A DNA stretch of 63,918 bases, the filler included, from Hausera hauseri (taxonomy: Eukaryota), in NCBI GenBank assembly GCA_046269625.1. It is 12 parts of 12 records of this genome, joined end to end, with 100 filler letters (N's around TTAATTAATTAA, not from the genome) between each part and the next. Parts side by side here need not be neighbours in the genome. Positions count along the whole stretch, not along the records: positions 1 to 4,446 come from JBJURY010577449.1; positions 4,547 to 9,214 come from JBJURY010483020.1; positions 9,315 to 13,518 come from JBJURY010703216.1; 9 more parts are not named here. The stretch is one strand, 5' to 3'. A program made the translations under genes and the position numbers. The notes under the pieces are model-generated. The model searched no databases. It was not told the origin of the DNA and saw only the letters and a program-made list of their open reading frames with translations. Positions within the stretch are counted from its first letter, which is position 1, and each line of letters begins with the position of its first letter. Of the stretch, positions 1 through 10,251 are shown piece after piece.

Positions 1-299
1 ATCAGATTACACCAATTGGGGGTGGGAATAGTGAAACCCAATCGGCACCAGAAATCCCTTTGTTCACTGACAAAATTTTCGTGCCAAATTCAAATTTTTA
101 CACTTACCTAAAATCCATACAGTACGCCCGCATGTGTGTATCCACTTTTTGACTGTGTGTCTCTTATCTCCGCCCTATTAACCGTGTATGTGTGTATCAT
201 TTTTTCTACCCGATGATTCATCCCGAACGAAAACTTTTCTTCCTTCCCGGAAAGGGTATGGTGCAGTGCACTCACATCTACATACTACTTTTGCCTGTG

Positions 300-1034
300 G
301 GAATGACGAGATAAATCTTTGTATATGGTCCTAATCTTGCTCTTAGTTACTCAAAAAGGCCTGATTTAAATAAGAAGAGGTTCCTGCCACAGTCAAGACA
401 TACTAGGGGACTCAAAAGCTAAAAATCAAGTGTATTGTACAGGAGCCCGGGGCTACCTGCTATCGGATGGTAGTCTAGAAATCTGTGGTCGATGCGAGGC
501 AATGGTCAAAATCAGAGGCTACTCTGTGAAAATGGCCGCTACTGAAAACACACTTATCGGGATGAAATACGCTCAAACTACTGTTGTTACTACATGTGGA
601 CAAGAAGGAGACGATAAATATCTTGTTGCCTACATTGTTCTGAACGAACCAACACCCGTTAAACAAATCAGAGGTGATCTGAAACGTCTACTGCCATTCT
701 ATATGATACCATCATTCTTTGTAATCCTCAAAGAATTACCAATTCTTCCTGCGTCGGTAAATTGAACCAAAAAGCATTTCCTCCATTGAACAAAGGCTTA
801 CACCTGTGTCAGCCTGATTTTCACCCAGAAATTGATGCAAAGAAACAACTGTCGGAAATCTGTAGTAATGTTCCACATATAAATAACATCTATGTTCAAG
901 AAAGTTTCTTGGATCTTGGCGAACACTCATTGTTGGCGGCAAAATTATCGCATATCACAAATGAGAAATTCGATATTAAATTGAGTGTTACAGATTTGTA
1001 TAATCATTCAACATTGAGTGTTATGAGGAGGTAG
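300..1034 (+). pseudogene. Degenerate NRPS-like adenylation domain C-terminal half plus thiolation (PCP) domain
   Basis: VYGPNLALSYSKRPDLNKKRF (A6-like), YCTGARGYLLSDGSLEICGRCEAMVKIRGY (A7/A8, Asp lost), LPFYMIPSFF (A9), a frameshift at the A10 SGK motif near 755-762, then FLDLGEHSLLAAKL (phosphopantetheine Ser motif). Contains frameshifts and stops. Confidence 0.85.
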
Positions 1035-1489
1035 GTCACCCTGCAATTTGGGGCCGGCCGCGCTGTGGCGGAGGTCCCGTCCGTCAATCCTGCGCCGGTT
1101 GGTCAGACGCGCCTTTCGCGTCGGCTACGTAGCGTGCTCCCAGGCACACTACTTCTTCCCCATCTATTTTCCTTTTCCTAAATAGTACACACATACACAC
1201 TCACTACATCACATTTACATATTGCAACCCTTCGTACCTTCATTTCTGTCTTACTTAACTCCCGATTTTTATCTTACTCATAACGGTTTTATAATACCCC
1301 TCACCGGAACCCTACCATCTTTCTTAAACCACACTTGTCTCCGCATACATTTCCGTACTCGTGGTGGCATGAACTCTTCGCCAACCATAGACACCACGGA
1401 TAAAACCACCAAAAAACCAAAATCTGTCATATTGCTTCAAAAGCCATTTCTACTCCTGCTAGCAACCTCCCATTTATTACCTTTTCCGC

Positions 1490-4446
1490 TCCTTTCCCTA
1501 ACTGCACCGAATTCTTCATTGACAACCAAGGCTCCAGCAAAGCTTAATTGCAATTCCATCAACTATGGCTGCAGGCAAATAACATTACTGACTCTTTAAC
1601 TAAAGCACATAATCTTCTCTTCTTCCTCCCTAATAATATCAAAACCCGAATTCACAACATCATCGAAATCTTTAAACTTCCAGACCCATATTTGCAACTT
1701 TCCAACGCAGTTCTTAAGATCACAGAACCTTCCATGGACACGATCATACAACGCTTCTTCCACGACAAGGTTATAAGCACCCAACGACCATCAGAATTCT
1801 TACAAACCTGTTTGGCACATCTACATACCCTCGGCGTCACTAAAGAACACAATCCAGAACTACTGAGCAACTATTTCCTCAAAGCGTTACCTATCCAAAT
1901 CCGGGCCCTACTTACCTTGGTGGAGGACTCTACATCGCTTGAGAAATTGGCCGAATTAGCCGATAGGATACACGACGTCCTACATGTAAATTCTCCACCA
2001 GTTGTTTCAGCAGCAGTTGCCGCTAACGATATTCAAACCAATGATACATCCATAGAACAACAGCTTAATCAGCTACGTGCTGAAAATATTGCACTACATG
2101 CAACAATCAACAATATTAATAATAAATTAAACGAATTGTCACTGTCCCTCCGAGAGGTTTTGTCGCTGACCGCGTTCGTTCTGCGTCTAGAAACCGCTTA
2201 CCATCGTATGCGCGTTTGTCGATCTGCTATTACCACAGCAGATTCAACACTAATGCTCAAAAGTGCTGCCTATGGTGCAAATTTTATAACAAGAGTTTTT
2301 CCTCGTACACCGTTGTTTGCATCTACCATGCAAGGTTCAAAAACCAAGCTCGTAAATGCATTCCAGGCTGCACTTTCAAATCAAATACGAACGACGGACG
2401 TACTATCTTTCCTTCTAATAGTCGTCCTAATTCACTTTCAAAAAAACTAAGTTCGCCGCCAGAAGCCACGCAAACTCTGGCAAAGGCACTACTTCATTTT
2501 CTGAACGCCGACACGTCTCCTTTGCTGTCTTTACTCTAAAGGCCGCAATCACTGCTCCTACAACTTAGTCTGTTGACTTCCTCATTGATACAGATGTAGC
2601 AATTTCTTTATTACCATAAACCTTTCCTGTACAAAATTCTCCGTTTAGAATTAAGCCTTTATACACTGCATTAGGACAACCGCTGCACATTTCTGGCATG
2701 GATAAATTATCTTTAACTTTACCAAACTTTCCTTCACATTTCTACTGGACGTTCACAGTCGCTAACGTCCAGCCGGCAATTTTAGGATCCGACTTTCTCT
2801 CACACTATAATTTACTGGTTGACTGCAGTCAGCGATGTTTGAGGAACAGCACCACTGGCGACATTTCTGGACATGTCAATAGCATTTCGACTACCGCGCA
2901 GCCGACCAGAAGGCGGAGGTCAGTCTTAAAAAAGTCAATGAATAATCCGAATTTTCGTAACAATAATACCATTCGTAAATTTTTAAATAATAATAACGAT
3001 ATCCGATTTAGGTTTGATGTCGATAGGTGTGGTACTACAATCAACGTTAATTCATTCGACGAAAATAATTCATCCAACACCATTTTCAATTTGACCATTT
3101 TACACCAAATACCACTTAACTGCACATCACCTAAGAACTCACACATTGCATCCGCTATTACTCAAGCCGTTTCACCACTTTCATCGAATCTCTCACAGAT
3201 ACCTGCAACATTACAACAATTCGTCAACACGTCATGTCCACGAGTACGTAGAAAGACCGTACGTTTACTCTCGTAAACAGTAATTTACACCATATAGGTA
3301 CACGGCATCAATGTCCAATACGCCTAAAGGTGCTGCCTCTGTCACCTCGTCGTAGACAGGCCGTAGAAGCCGAATTTCTTGAACTAGAACGTTCCGGCAT
3401 AGTACGCTGTTCTAGATCGCCTTGGTCATTACCTTTACACGTTGTACAAAAAAGGACGGTACCTTTAGACCATGCGGTGACTACCGACAGCTGAACAACT
3501 TGAGTATCATGGATGTGTACCCTTTAATACTTATCAAGGATATTTTGCATAGTCTTAATTCAACCACCATCTATTCAACCATTGATATAGCTAAAGTATA
3601 CCATAAAATACCGGTAGCATCTGAAGACATGGAAAAAACTGCTGTCATTACTTCTTTGGCCTCTATGAATACCTGTTTATGCCATTTTGTTTGAGGAATG
3701 CCGCACAAACATTTCAGCGGCACATTTATTCAATTCTTTCAGATTACCCGTTTGCACACCCTTATATCGATGATATTCTAGTCGTTTCATCTTCGGCCAG
3801 ACAACATGAGGAACACCTTCGCGCAATATTCTAACGTCTTAACCACCATAATCTCCAAATCAATTTCGACAAATGCCATTTCTTCAAAAAGAGCATTAAG
3901 TTTTTAGGCCACGTTATTTCACCAGACGGACATTCTCCCAAATCAGACCGAGTCGAAGCTCTTACAAATATCCAGTTGCCAAGTACAACCACCAAAATGC
4001 GCAGCTTCCTGGGTACACTACACTTTGTACATAAATATGTACCATATTGCTCCGAATTAACAGCACCATTCGCACACCTAAGCGGCAGCAAAAACATCAG
4101 CCAATCCAGTGGACACCTGAATTGGTTGACAAATTTGATAAACTACGCAAAGAAATTAAGACCGTAGATATTCTAGCTTTTCCCAAGCCTGATGCAGAAC
4201 TCATTCTTACTACAGACGCGTCAACCACTGCAGTAGGCGCTGTACTCCACCAGATGTATAAGGGAGAAAACCAACCACTAGAATTTTTCTCTCGCAATCT
4301 GACATCCCCTGAAACCAGATATTCAACGTTCGATCGAGAACTATTGTCCATCGTTCTCGCCTTAAAGCATTTCTCCCACCTACTTGTCGCTCGTCATTTC
4401 ACTATACAAACCGATCACAAGCCCTTACTTAACATCATGGCTATGA
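1490..4446 (+). mobile_element. Ty3/gypsy LTR retrotransposon, decayed, truncated by contig end
   Basis: gag followed by protease remnant (FLIDTD...ILGSDFL), RT (KKDGTFRPCGDYRQLN, PYIDDILV near 3760-3785) and RNase H (LTTDAS, FDRELL, TDHKPL), with many frameshifts. Confidence 0.95.
1548..2450 (+). CDS. gag: gag polyprotein (frameshifted near 2150-2215) with two tandem CxYHxRF..KC..C knuckles
   Basis: QFHQLWLQANNITDSLTK...LP...DPYLQL gag N-terminus. The shifted frame (ORF 2216-2539) gives CYYHSRFNTNAQKCCLWC and CIYHARFKNQARKCIPGC. Confidence 0.85.
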   Translation: MQFHQLWLQANNITDSLTKAHNLLFFLPNNIKTRIHNIIEIFKLPDPYLQLSNAVLKITEPSMDTIIQRFFHDKVISTQRPSEFLQTCLAHLHTLGVTKEHNPELLSNYFLKALPIQIRALLTLVEDSTSLEKLAELADRIHDVLHVNSPPVVSAAVAANDIQTNDTSIEQQLNQLRAENIALHATINNINNKLNELSLSLREVLSLTAFVLRLETAYHRMRVCRSAITTADSTLMLKSAAYGANFITRVFPRTPLFASTMQGSKTKLVNAFQAALSNQIRTTDVLSFLLIVVLIHFQKN

Positions 4447-4546
4447 NNNNNNNNNNNNNNNNNNNNNNNNNNNNNNNNNNNNNNNNNNNNTTAATTAATT
4501 AANNNNNNNNNNNNNNNNNNNNNNNNNNNNNNNNNNNNNNNNNNNN
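4447..4546. other. Artificial contig spacer (first of 11)
   Basis: 44 N + TTAATTAATTAA (stop codons in all six frames) + 44 N. Repeated at 9215-9314, 13519-13618, 23009-23108, 28913-29012, 33171-33270, 37881-37980, 43548-43647, 48225-48324, 55088-55187 and 59703-59802. Confidence 0.98.
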
Positions 4547-4800
4547 TACCGAAAGATATGACGTTGCAGTGCGAGCTTTGTCAACATTTCTTAATCCTAC
4601 AATAGATAAGTAGAACAATCCATGCCGAAAATAATGCTTCTCGATTATAATCCACAGACGTGCTGGTCAGCAGATGATCCGCGTTGGACCCCGCCTGACA
4701 CAACTGACTTTACCAGGGGGTGGTGATATTATGTCCACATTCACCCAATAAAAAGAAACAAAATCATATGGACATTTCGTTTCTTGTTTAAATAAGCATA
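4547..4800 (+). repeat. 3' end of unnamed repeated ORF (ORF-X), G-rich tract and TGTRGTGCCCAC-like terminus at 4727
   Basis: Translates MPKIMLLDYNPQTCWSADDPRWTPPDTTDF. Aligns by eye with the reverse complement of 8515-8720 and with 33290-33450. Confidence 0.75.
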
Positions 4801-5359
4801 GTAGTGTGTGCGCAGTTTATGAAGTTTTATCAATACAATAATTTTAGAGACTTTAAGTTCATCCTGTTTCTTGTTGCTGTTTGAGTTCATTGCAACAATC
4901 ATTATATATTAGATGAATGGTCCAGAAATTTCATATGTGATTACTTAGCAATCTACATGAGTAATCATTATTTTGAGTTGGGTAATTAAAGTTTTGTTCT
5001 ACAATCAGGTTTTCCACCATTGTTAGGTATGAGAAGTAATTCATTAGTTCAGCTAACCTATGAGTAATTATTAAGTGTTCGTCTGTCTAATTCGTCGGAG
5101 GGTCCAGCAGTAGGCATGTTTTCTAGTCCTATTAGCTATGAAGATTATCTACTGGTTGAGACGCAAGCGGATTAGCCATAGCACTACCACCCAACCGTGT
5201 AGCTTAAAGAAAGAAATGTTAGATAGGAGAAAGTCAATATTAGGGGTGAGATTAGGAATCTTGAATTATTCAATATGACCAACTCCCGCTGTATATTTGG
5301 GGGTTGGCATTTTACTGGTTTTATTTCTGATGTCTTTAAAGTCAATCGGAAATATAGTT

Positions 5360-5830
5360 TCTTCCTTTCAAATTAGAATCATATAACCAAATGTGTACAG
5401 GCCACATTCACCCTGATTTGACTGTGGCTCATAATCTCTATTCTTCACTAATCCTTTGTATTTAAGATCGGGGATCTGAAACACTATTTTGAATACATTT
5501 ATTCTGTGCAGGAGAAGTCTTATGTATGTATCTGTGGAGGTGGCTTTTAATATGGGTCTAACAGGTATACAGTTTTGTCTCTACTATTTATATGTATTAC
5601 AGACGGGCGGCCATCATGGTTAAAAGTGATAAAGATGTGCTTGTCTGTCGCGCATAACTTGGCTTTAGCCGCAGGCATATGTGAAGGTGCAGTTGTTATA
5701 TGGTCATTGGGAAATAGTCTGACGATTTCATCAAAGAAGATATAGAGGAGAATTAGTGTTGAACATTACTGTGGTGCTCCAAAAGTCAACCTGCTCTGAA
5801 GTGAACTTTTGACCCGGTCGTAGTTTTTTC
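5360..5830 (-). pseudogene. Ulp1/C48-like (clan CE) cysteine protease domain at the end of a long decayed ORF (about 7600 to 5000)
   Basis: In order: LRPGQKFTSEQVDFW (like LxPxxWLxDExIDFY), HIFITFNHDGRPSVIHINSRDKTVYLLDPY (His site mutated, Asp kept) and PQSNQGECGLYTFGYM (oxyanion Gln and catalytic Cys at 5404-5406). Interrupted by stops. Confidence 0.65.
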
Positions 5831-7624
5831 TTCCTAGGGCTATCTAGTTTGGGTAGCATCGTCGTTACGGCTTTGCTGTATACTGTGGAAAAGTCAATTG
5901 AGTATAATGGAGTTGTGTCTCGGAGATCATTATCGATATTGAGTCGGTTTTTAGTCTTGTTTAGTAGTGGTTTCTCTGACTGGATATACACATCGGAGGT
6001 GCGAACGCTGCTATCATCGTTAGGAGAAGACATAGTACTTTCCTCAGGTGTGATTGATAGTGGGTCTGAGTTATACACTTGGTAGCTTCGAGAATATCGT
6101 TGGCATTGACAGGGACGAAGATAGCACCCTTGGTTATTTTATATATATTCATCCATATATTAATATCTGTGTTGTTAATAGGTTGATAATCTTTATTCAT
6201 AAAAACATCAGTGTAAGTCAGATCCGGTATATTAAATATTATACTGAAGATGTCAAGCCTATCCTTGAGGAGTTCTCCAGGGATTCTGTGTAGTGTGGAG
6301 GACTTGTATGGATCCATAAGGTGGAACGAAGACGCATTTCAGTATATATGAGCTAGCATTAAGTGGTTGACATGCCAGATTGAGATTTGAGAAGAGCTAG
6401 CTGCTTTATTCCTTTCTGTGAAACCTAACTTGGCGAAACGTGAGGTTCTTTTGTTGTTCAGAAAGAGGTAGGAATGAAGGATAGAGAAGATATATAAGAA
6501 GTTGTGAGTAGCACCAATGTTGTCACCACAGAAATTGATCTGTTAATCAGATAACCATAGAGTCTGGCCAATAGTGACCGAGTATTCTTTAGTGGGGATT
6601 AACTTAGTCATTAGAACATTCTGATGATAGCTGATAGAATGATTGAGAATTTTTTTATAGTCCTCTGTTGACTGACAGAGGTCTGGTTCCCCGATCTCAT
6701 TTACATTAGAAATGTATATGATTATAGGATCATCTCTTTCCATGCTGAAAGTTTTGCAGGGTATCTGTGGTGTGCTTGAAGGAGTACCTTCGGGGTTGTC
6801 AGTTTGAGTACATATTGCGGGTATGGGTGTGAGTTCATGAATCTACATAGGCTTTGTTCTGTCTGTCGGAGAAGGGTTGTATTTTATCAGTTTATGAATC
6901 GGCATCCTTATGCCCTCAGTACAAATAGTATATTAATGGACTAAGTAGGCCCAAAAGCAGAAGAGAGGAGCTATTCAGTGGATGTGTTACATCGCTTGAT
7001 TTACATTTACCTATATTATTAATTTCACTATGGGTGCTGCTCGCTGGGTGTCGTAGAATAGGAGCCTTTGCGCGCTTTAGTTTGGAGTCAGTACTTATTG
7101 TAAGTTTTTTCGTCGAGAATTTGTTCAATAGAGTGGTGCGTGAGTTTTTATCAGGCGAACAAGAAGTATTAGGTAGGCATTCGAGGAATGCTAGTATTTT
7201 AGAGATAGAGGTGAAGTTGAGCGACGCTTTTGTTAGTTTATCAGTTTTATATACTTTCAAGAAGGAGTTAAGGAAGTTTAATGTCATCTATTTGGTTTTA
7301 TTGTTTTTTGCGCCCTGTTATAATGTTGACATGAACACTATGACCTTTTGTGAAGAAGTGTCTTAGGGCTAGGGCAGAAGGGATATAAGGTAGTAGTCCA
7401 TTTCGGATTGAAGTTATACTATTCTTCAGGTATGTTGTTGGCTACAGGAGGGGCTTTCGTATTATTCATTTTGTAGGTCTCATAGGAAACAAGAGGGGAG
7501 GTCATATGGGACGTAGCGCCATATTAATAAGCATAGAGTCGGTCATTTTTGTGTATGGGTCTACAGAATAGCTTTGGCCATTACTGAATAGGTGTTTCAG
7601 GGCTTTGATGGTACATAGGTATTT

Positions 7625-8095
7625 GATTAGATCGCACGACAAAAATTTTTCTTAAAATACTAGCCAAATCTATTCTACATTGGACAAACCTTTTGCCTTA
7701 CATTTTACTTGGATGGCGGAACACACCATCCACATCTACTGACGCTCTACATCTTTGGCGCTATTTGGCACACCAGTGTGTTGATTTTTCGAGTTGGCTG
7801 AATACGATGAAACACCTGCTGACGAAGCAATCCACGCTGCACAGATCATTTTGTTGCGGTAAACAATGCTTAATTTTGTAAAATCACTAATTACAACGAA
7901 TCGTACATACAAAGTTTGTTTGGCTAAAAAACTCGATGTCGCTTGATTTTAACCTCAGTATCTTAGACCATTCAAGTTGATTAATTTAGATTCACATACC
8001 TCTGTAATTCTTAAGCACGGACAAGAATGCTCTGTACAGATTACTAACATCAAATCGTTATTTTTCACCCACGACAAACTTGATGATTTTGTTTC
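7625..8095 (+). mobile_element. Gypsy integrase C-terminal fragment
   Basis: LPYILLGWRNTPSTST..., same family as the integrases at 12288-12980 and 16472-17659. Confidence 0.85.
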
Positions 8096-8514
8096 TGTAA
8101 TTATGTCTCATAAACTCCAAATATTCCGTTTGTTCATCCGTAACATCATCACTAAGTTTAGATATCTCATCGATCGAATTCTCTTCGCCATAAATATCTC
8201 GTTCCATTTTGTTAAATTCATGAAGATCTGAGTCGGTAAATGATAACTGACTAATTTCATCTTCAATTGAATTGAGTGAGGCATTGTTTGAACGATCATT
8301 TTCGTCATTATCTAAATCTATATCCACTACATCAAAATCCGTGAATTGAAAAGCTATGGAATTTCATATGAAACAATATGAATATTAAAAATTGTTGTAC
8401 AAAGAAAATTTTTGAGAAACTTCAATAACTAAAAAAGTCGAACTCCATTTAAGTGTTATTTATTTAAACAATTAGCTTTTTTGCCTCCTTCACAAACCCA
8501 ACATGCAGATTAAC

Positions 8515-9190
8515 AATTGGGTGAATGTGGGCACCACATCAACCCCCTTTGCAAAGTCAGTTTTGCCAGGCGGGACCCAACGTGCGTCTTCTGATACCAA
8601 CACGCCGGCGGACTGCAATCAAGAAGCATTATGTTCGGAATGGCCTGCTCTACCCCACCACCATGGGACGAAGCAATGTTGGCGAAGCTGGCATTGGCAA
8701 CACCGCATCTTTCGTCACACCAGGCGACGCGATAGACATAGCTAAAAACAGAGCACAGTCCTTTTCTTTCCAACTTTTCCGGAGATTTCGTGACGAACTA
8801 TTTAATGAGTTCTGGATATGGGCCGTAAAATGTTCGAAAATTTCTGCTTGGATGAGCTTGCAAAGTGTTTTGATCAAATCACATGTCGATTTCTGATGAG
8901 TATGTGTATTGGATCCTTCTATATCTTGACGAATATACTCTGCTGAGGAAGTGCGATGAAAATCGTTTAAACAATCGTCGGTTTTTAACATTTTATTCGG
9001 TGGCCGATCGAACGACGAATCGCTATCATCACAATCGGATTTACGCGAACGTTTGTGAGATTTGTGAGAAGGCAGATCGTTTGGGCTATGAGATTTGTGA
9101 AAGAGACCTGTTGGAACCCGACTGAATAATTGGGTAGTCCGGGAAGCATGAGAAAGATAGAGGGGTAGGGGATGTATATAGTGTATATAT
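8515..9190 (-). repeat. ORF-X family copy carrying an internal host-gene fragment
   Basis: SHKRSRKSDCDDSDSSFDRPPNKMLKTDDC matches SHKRPRESDCDDSNLSFDGPHNKMKEIDDC at about 15030-15120. The C-terminus CW..EDARWVPPGKTDF matches IWLPEDLRCVPPGSTN at about 15595-15645. Confidence 0.8.
8710..8946 (-). pseudogene. CSE1L: Exportin-2 (CSE1/CAS) internal fragment, about 80 codons
   Basis: AEYIRQDIEGSNTHTHQKSTCDLIKTLCK...SWKEKDCALFLAMSIAS is colinear with the CSE1L signature as I recall it: [29 protein letters not shown]...NWKHKDAAIYLVTSLAS. Confidence 0.85.
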
Positions 9191-9314
9191 AAATATATAT
9201 AGTATATATAAATGNNNNNNNNNNNNNNNNNNNNNNNNNNNNNNNNNNNNNNNNNNNNTTAATTAATTAANNNNNNNNNNNNNNNNNNNNNNNNNNNNNN
9301 NNNNNNNNNNNNNN

Positions 9315-9850
9315 ACGTAGTTGCATACTCTGTTGCTCTGTAGGTTTGAAGCATCTCAGTAAAAGCTGGTTTCCAATGGCGATCCATTGCTTGAGTTGCT
9401 TGAATACAGTCTTTCAGCACTCTATTAAAGCGTTCCACACAGCCATTTGCCTGAGAGTGGAAGACACTTGTTCTGATGTGCTTGATATTCCTCTCTTTTA
9501 AGAATGATGCAAAGGCAGAAGACCTAAACTGTGGCCCATTATCTGTTCTAATAGCACAGGGGTTTCCTTCACGTGCAAAGACAGAAACCAAAGAGGTTGT
9601 GACGGTGTCCATAGTTGTAGCTGAGGTAAAAGCAAATTCTGGCCACTTGCTGAAGTAATCAATAAGAGGGATGGCAAATTTGCACGTGTAGGATCCCTAT
9701 TCCACAGGGCTCACAATGTCAACAGCTACATGTTGAAAAGGGCTGTCTGGAAACTTGACCGGTTGCATTGGAGCAGGAAGAGCTTTGGCTGTTTTGTCAC
9801 ATGACTGACAGATTGCGCAGAACTCGTGGAGAGTGAGGTGTGAGAATCCA
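9315..9850 (-). mobile_element. Integrase fragment of a second gypsy lineage
   Basis: CAICQSCDK, FQHVAVDIV, IDYFSKWPE, IRTDNGPQF, HSQANGCVERFNRVLK (DDE core). Confidence 0.9.
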
Positions 9851-10251
9851 ACAGGGAAAAGAAAAGAGGTAAGAAGTAAGAGAAGAGCAATGGCGTGAGA
9901 AATTGGAGAAAGAATGAACATTTTTCCGTCATTTAGCCAAGACATTTGAGATTTCATCAGTTTAGCTGGGGCTTTGCTCGGCTCAGACTAGTTGTTGGAG
10001 GCACGGGAGGCTTCAGCTACACAGATCAAACCGTTCAGGCAATTACAGACTCAAGAAACCGGACATGGATAGGTGTTCTTGCTAACATTAGAAGTGGTTT
10101 TGTTGTTTTCAACAACACAACCCCACAAGGATCCTGTTCATTTGTTGAGGCAGACATTTAAAAGCAGAAACAGATGAATACTTGTGGTTAGTATAGATAC
10201 ATTTTATTAAAGAATCTGAATCCTGACGAATCAAAACGCTGTAATCCGGAT

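Noticed and set aside
300-1034. Bacterial NRPS biosynthetic cluster
   Set aside because: Isolated broken fragment with no condensation domain or neighbouring cluster genes, flanked by retroelement DNA.
4547-8720. Inverted pair 4547-4750 / 8515-8720 as TIRs of one element
   Set aside because: The copies are strongly diverged, outer ends and TSD are not visible, and the same sequence recurs unpaired at 33271. Independent insertions explain it equally well.
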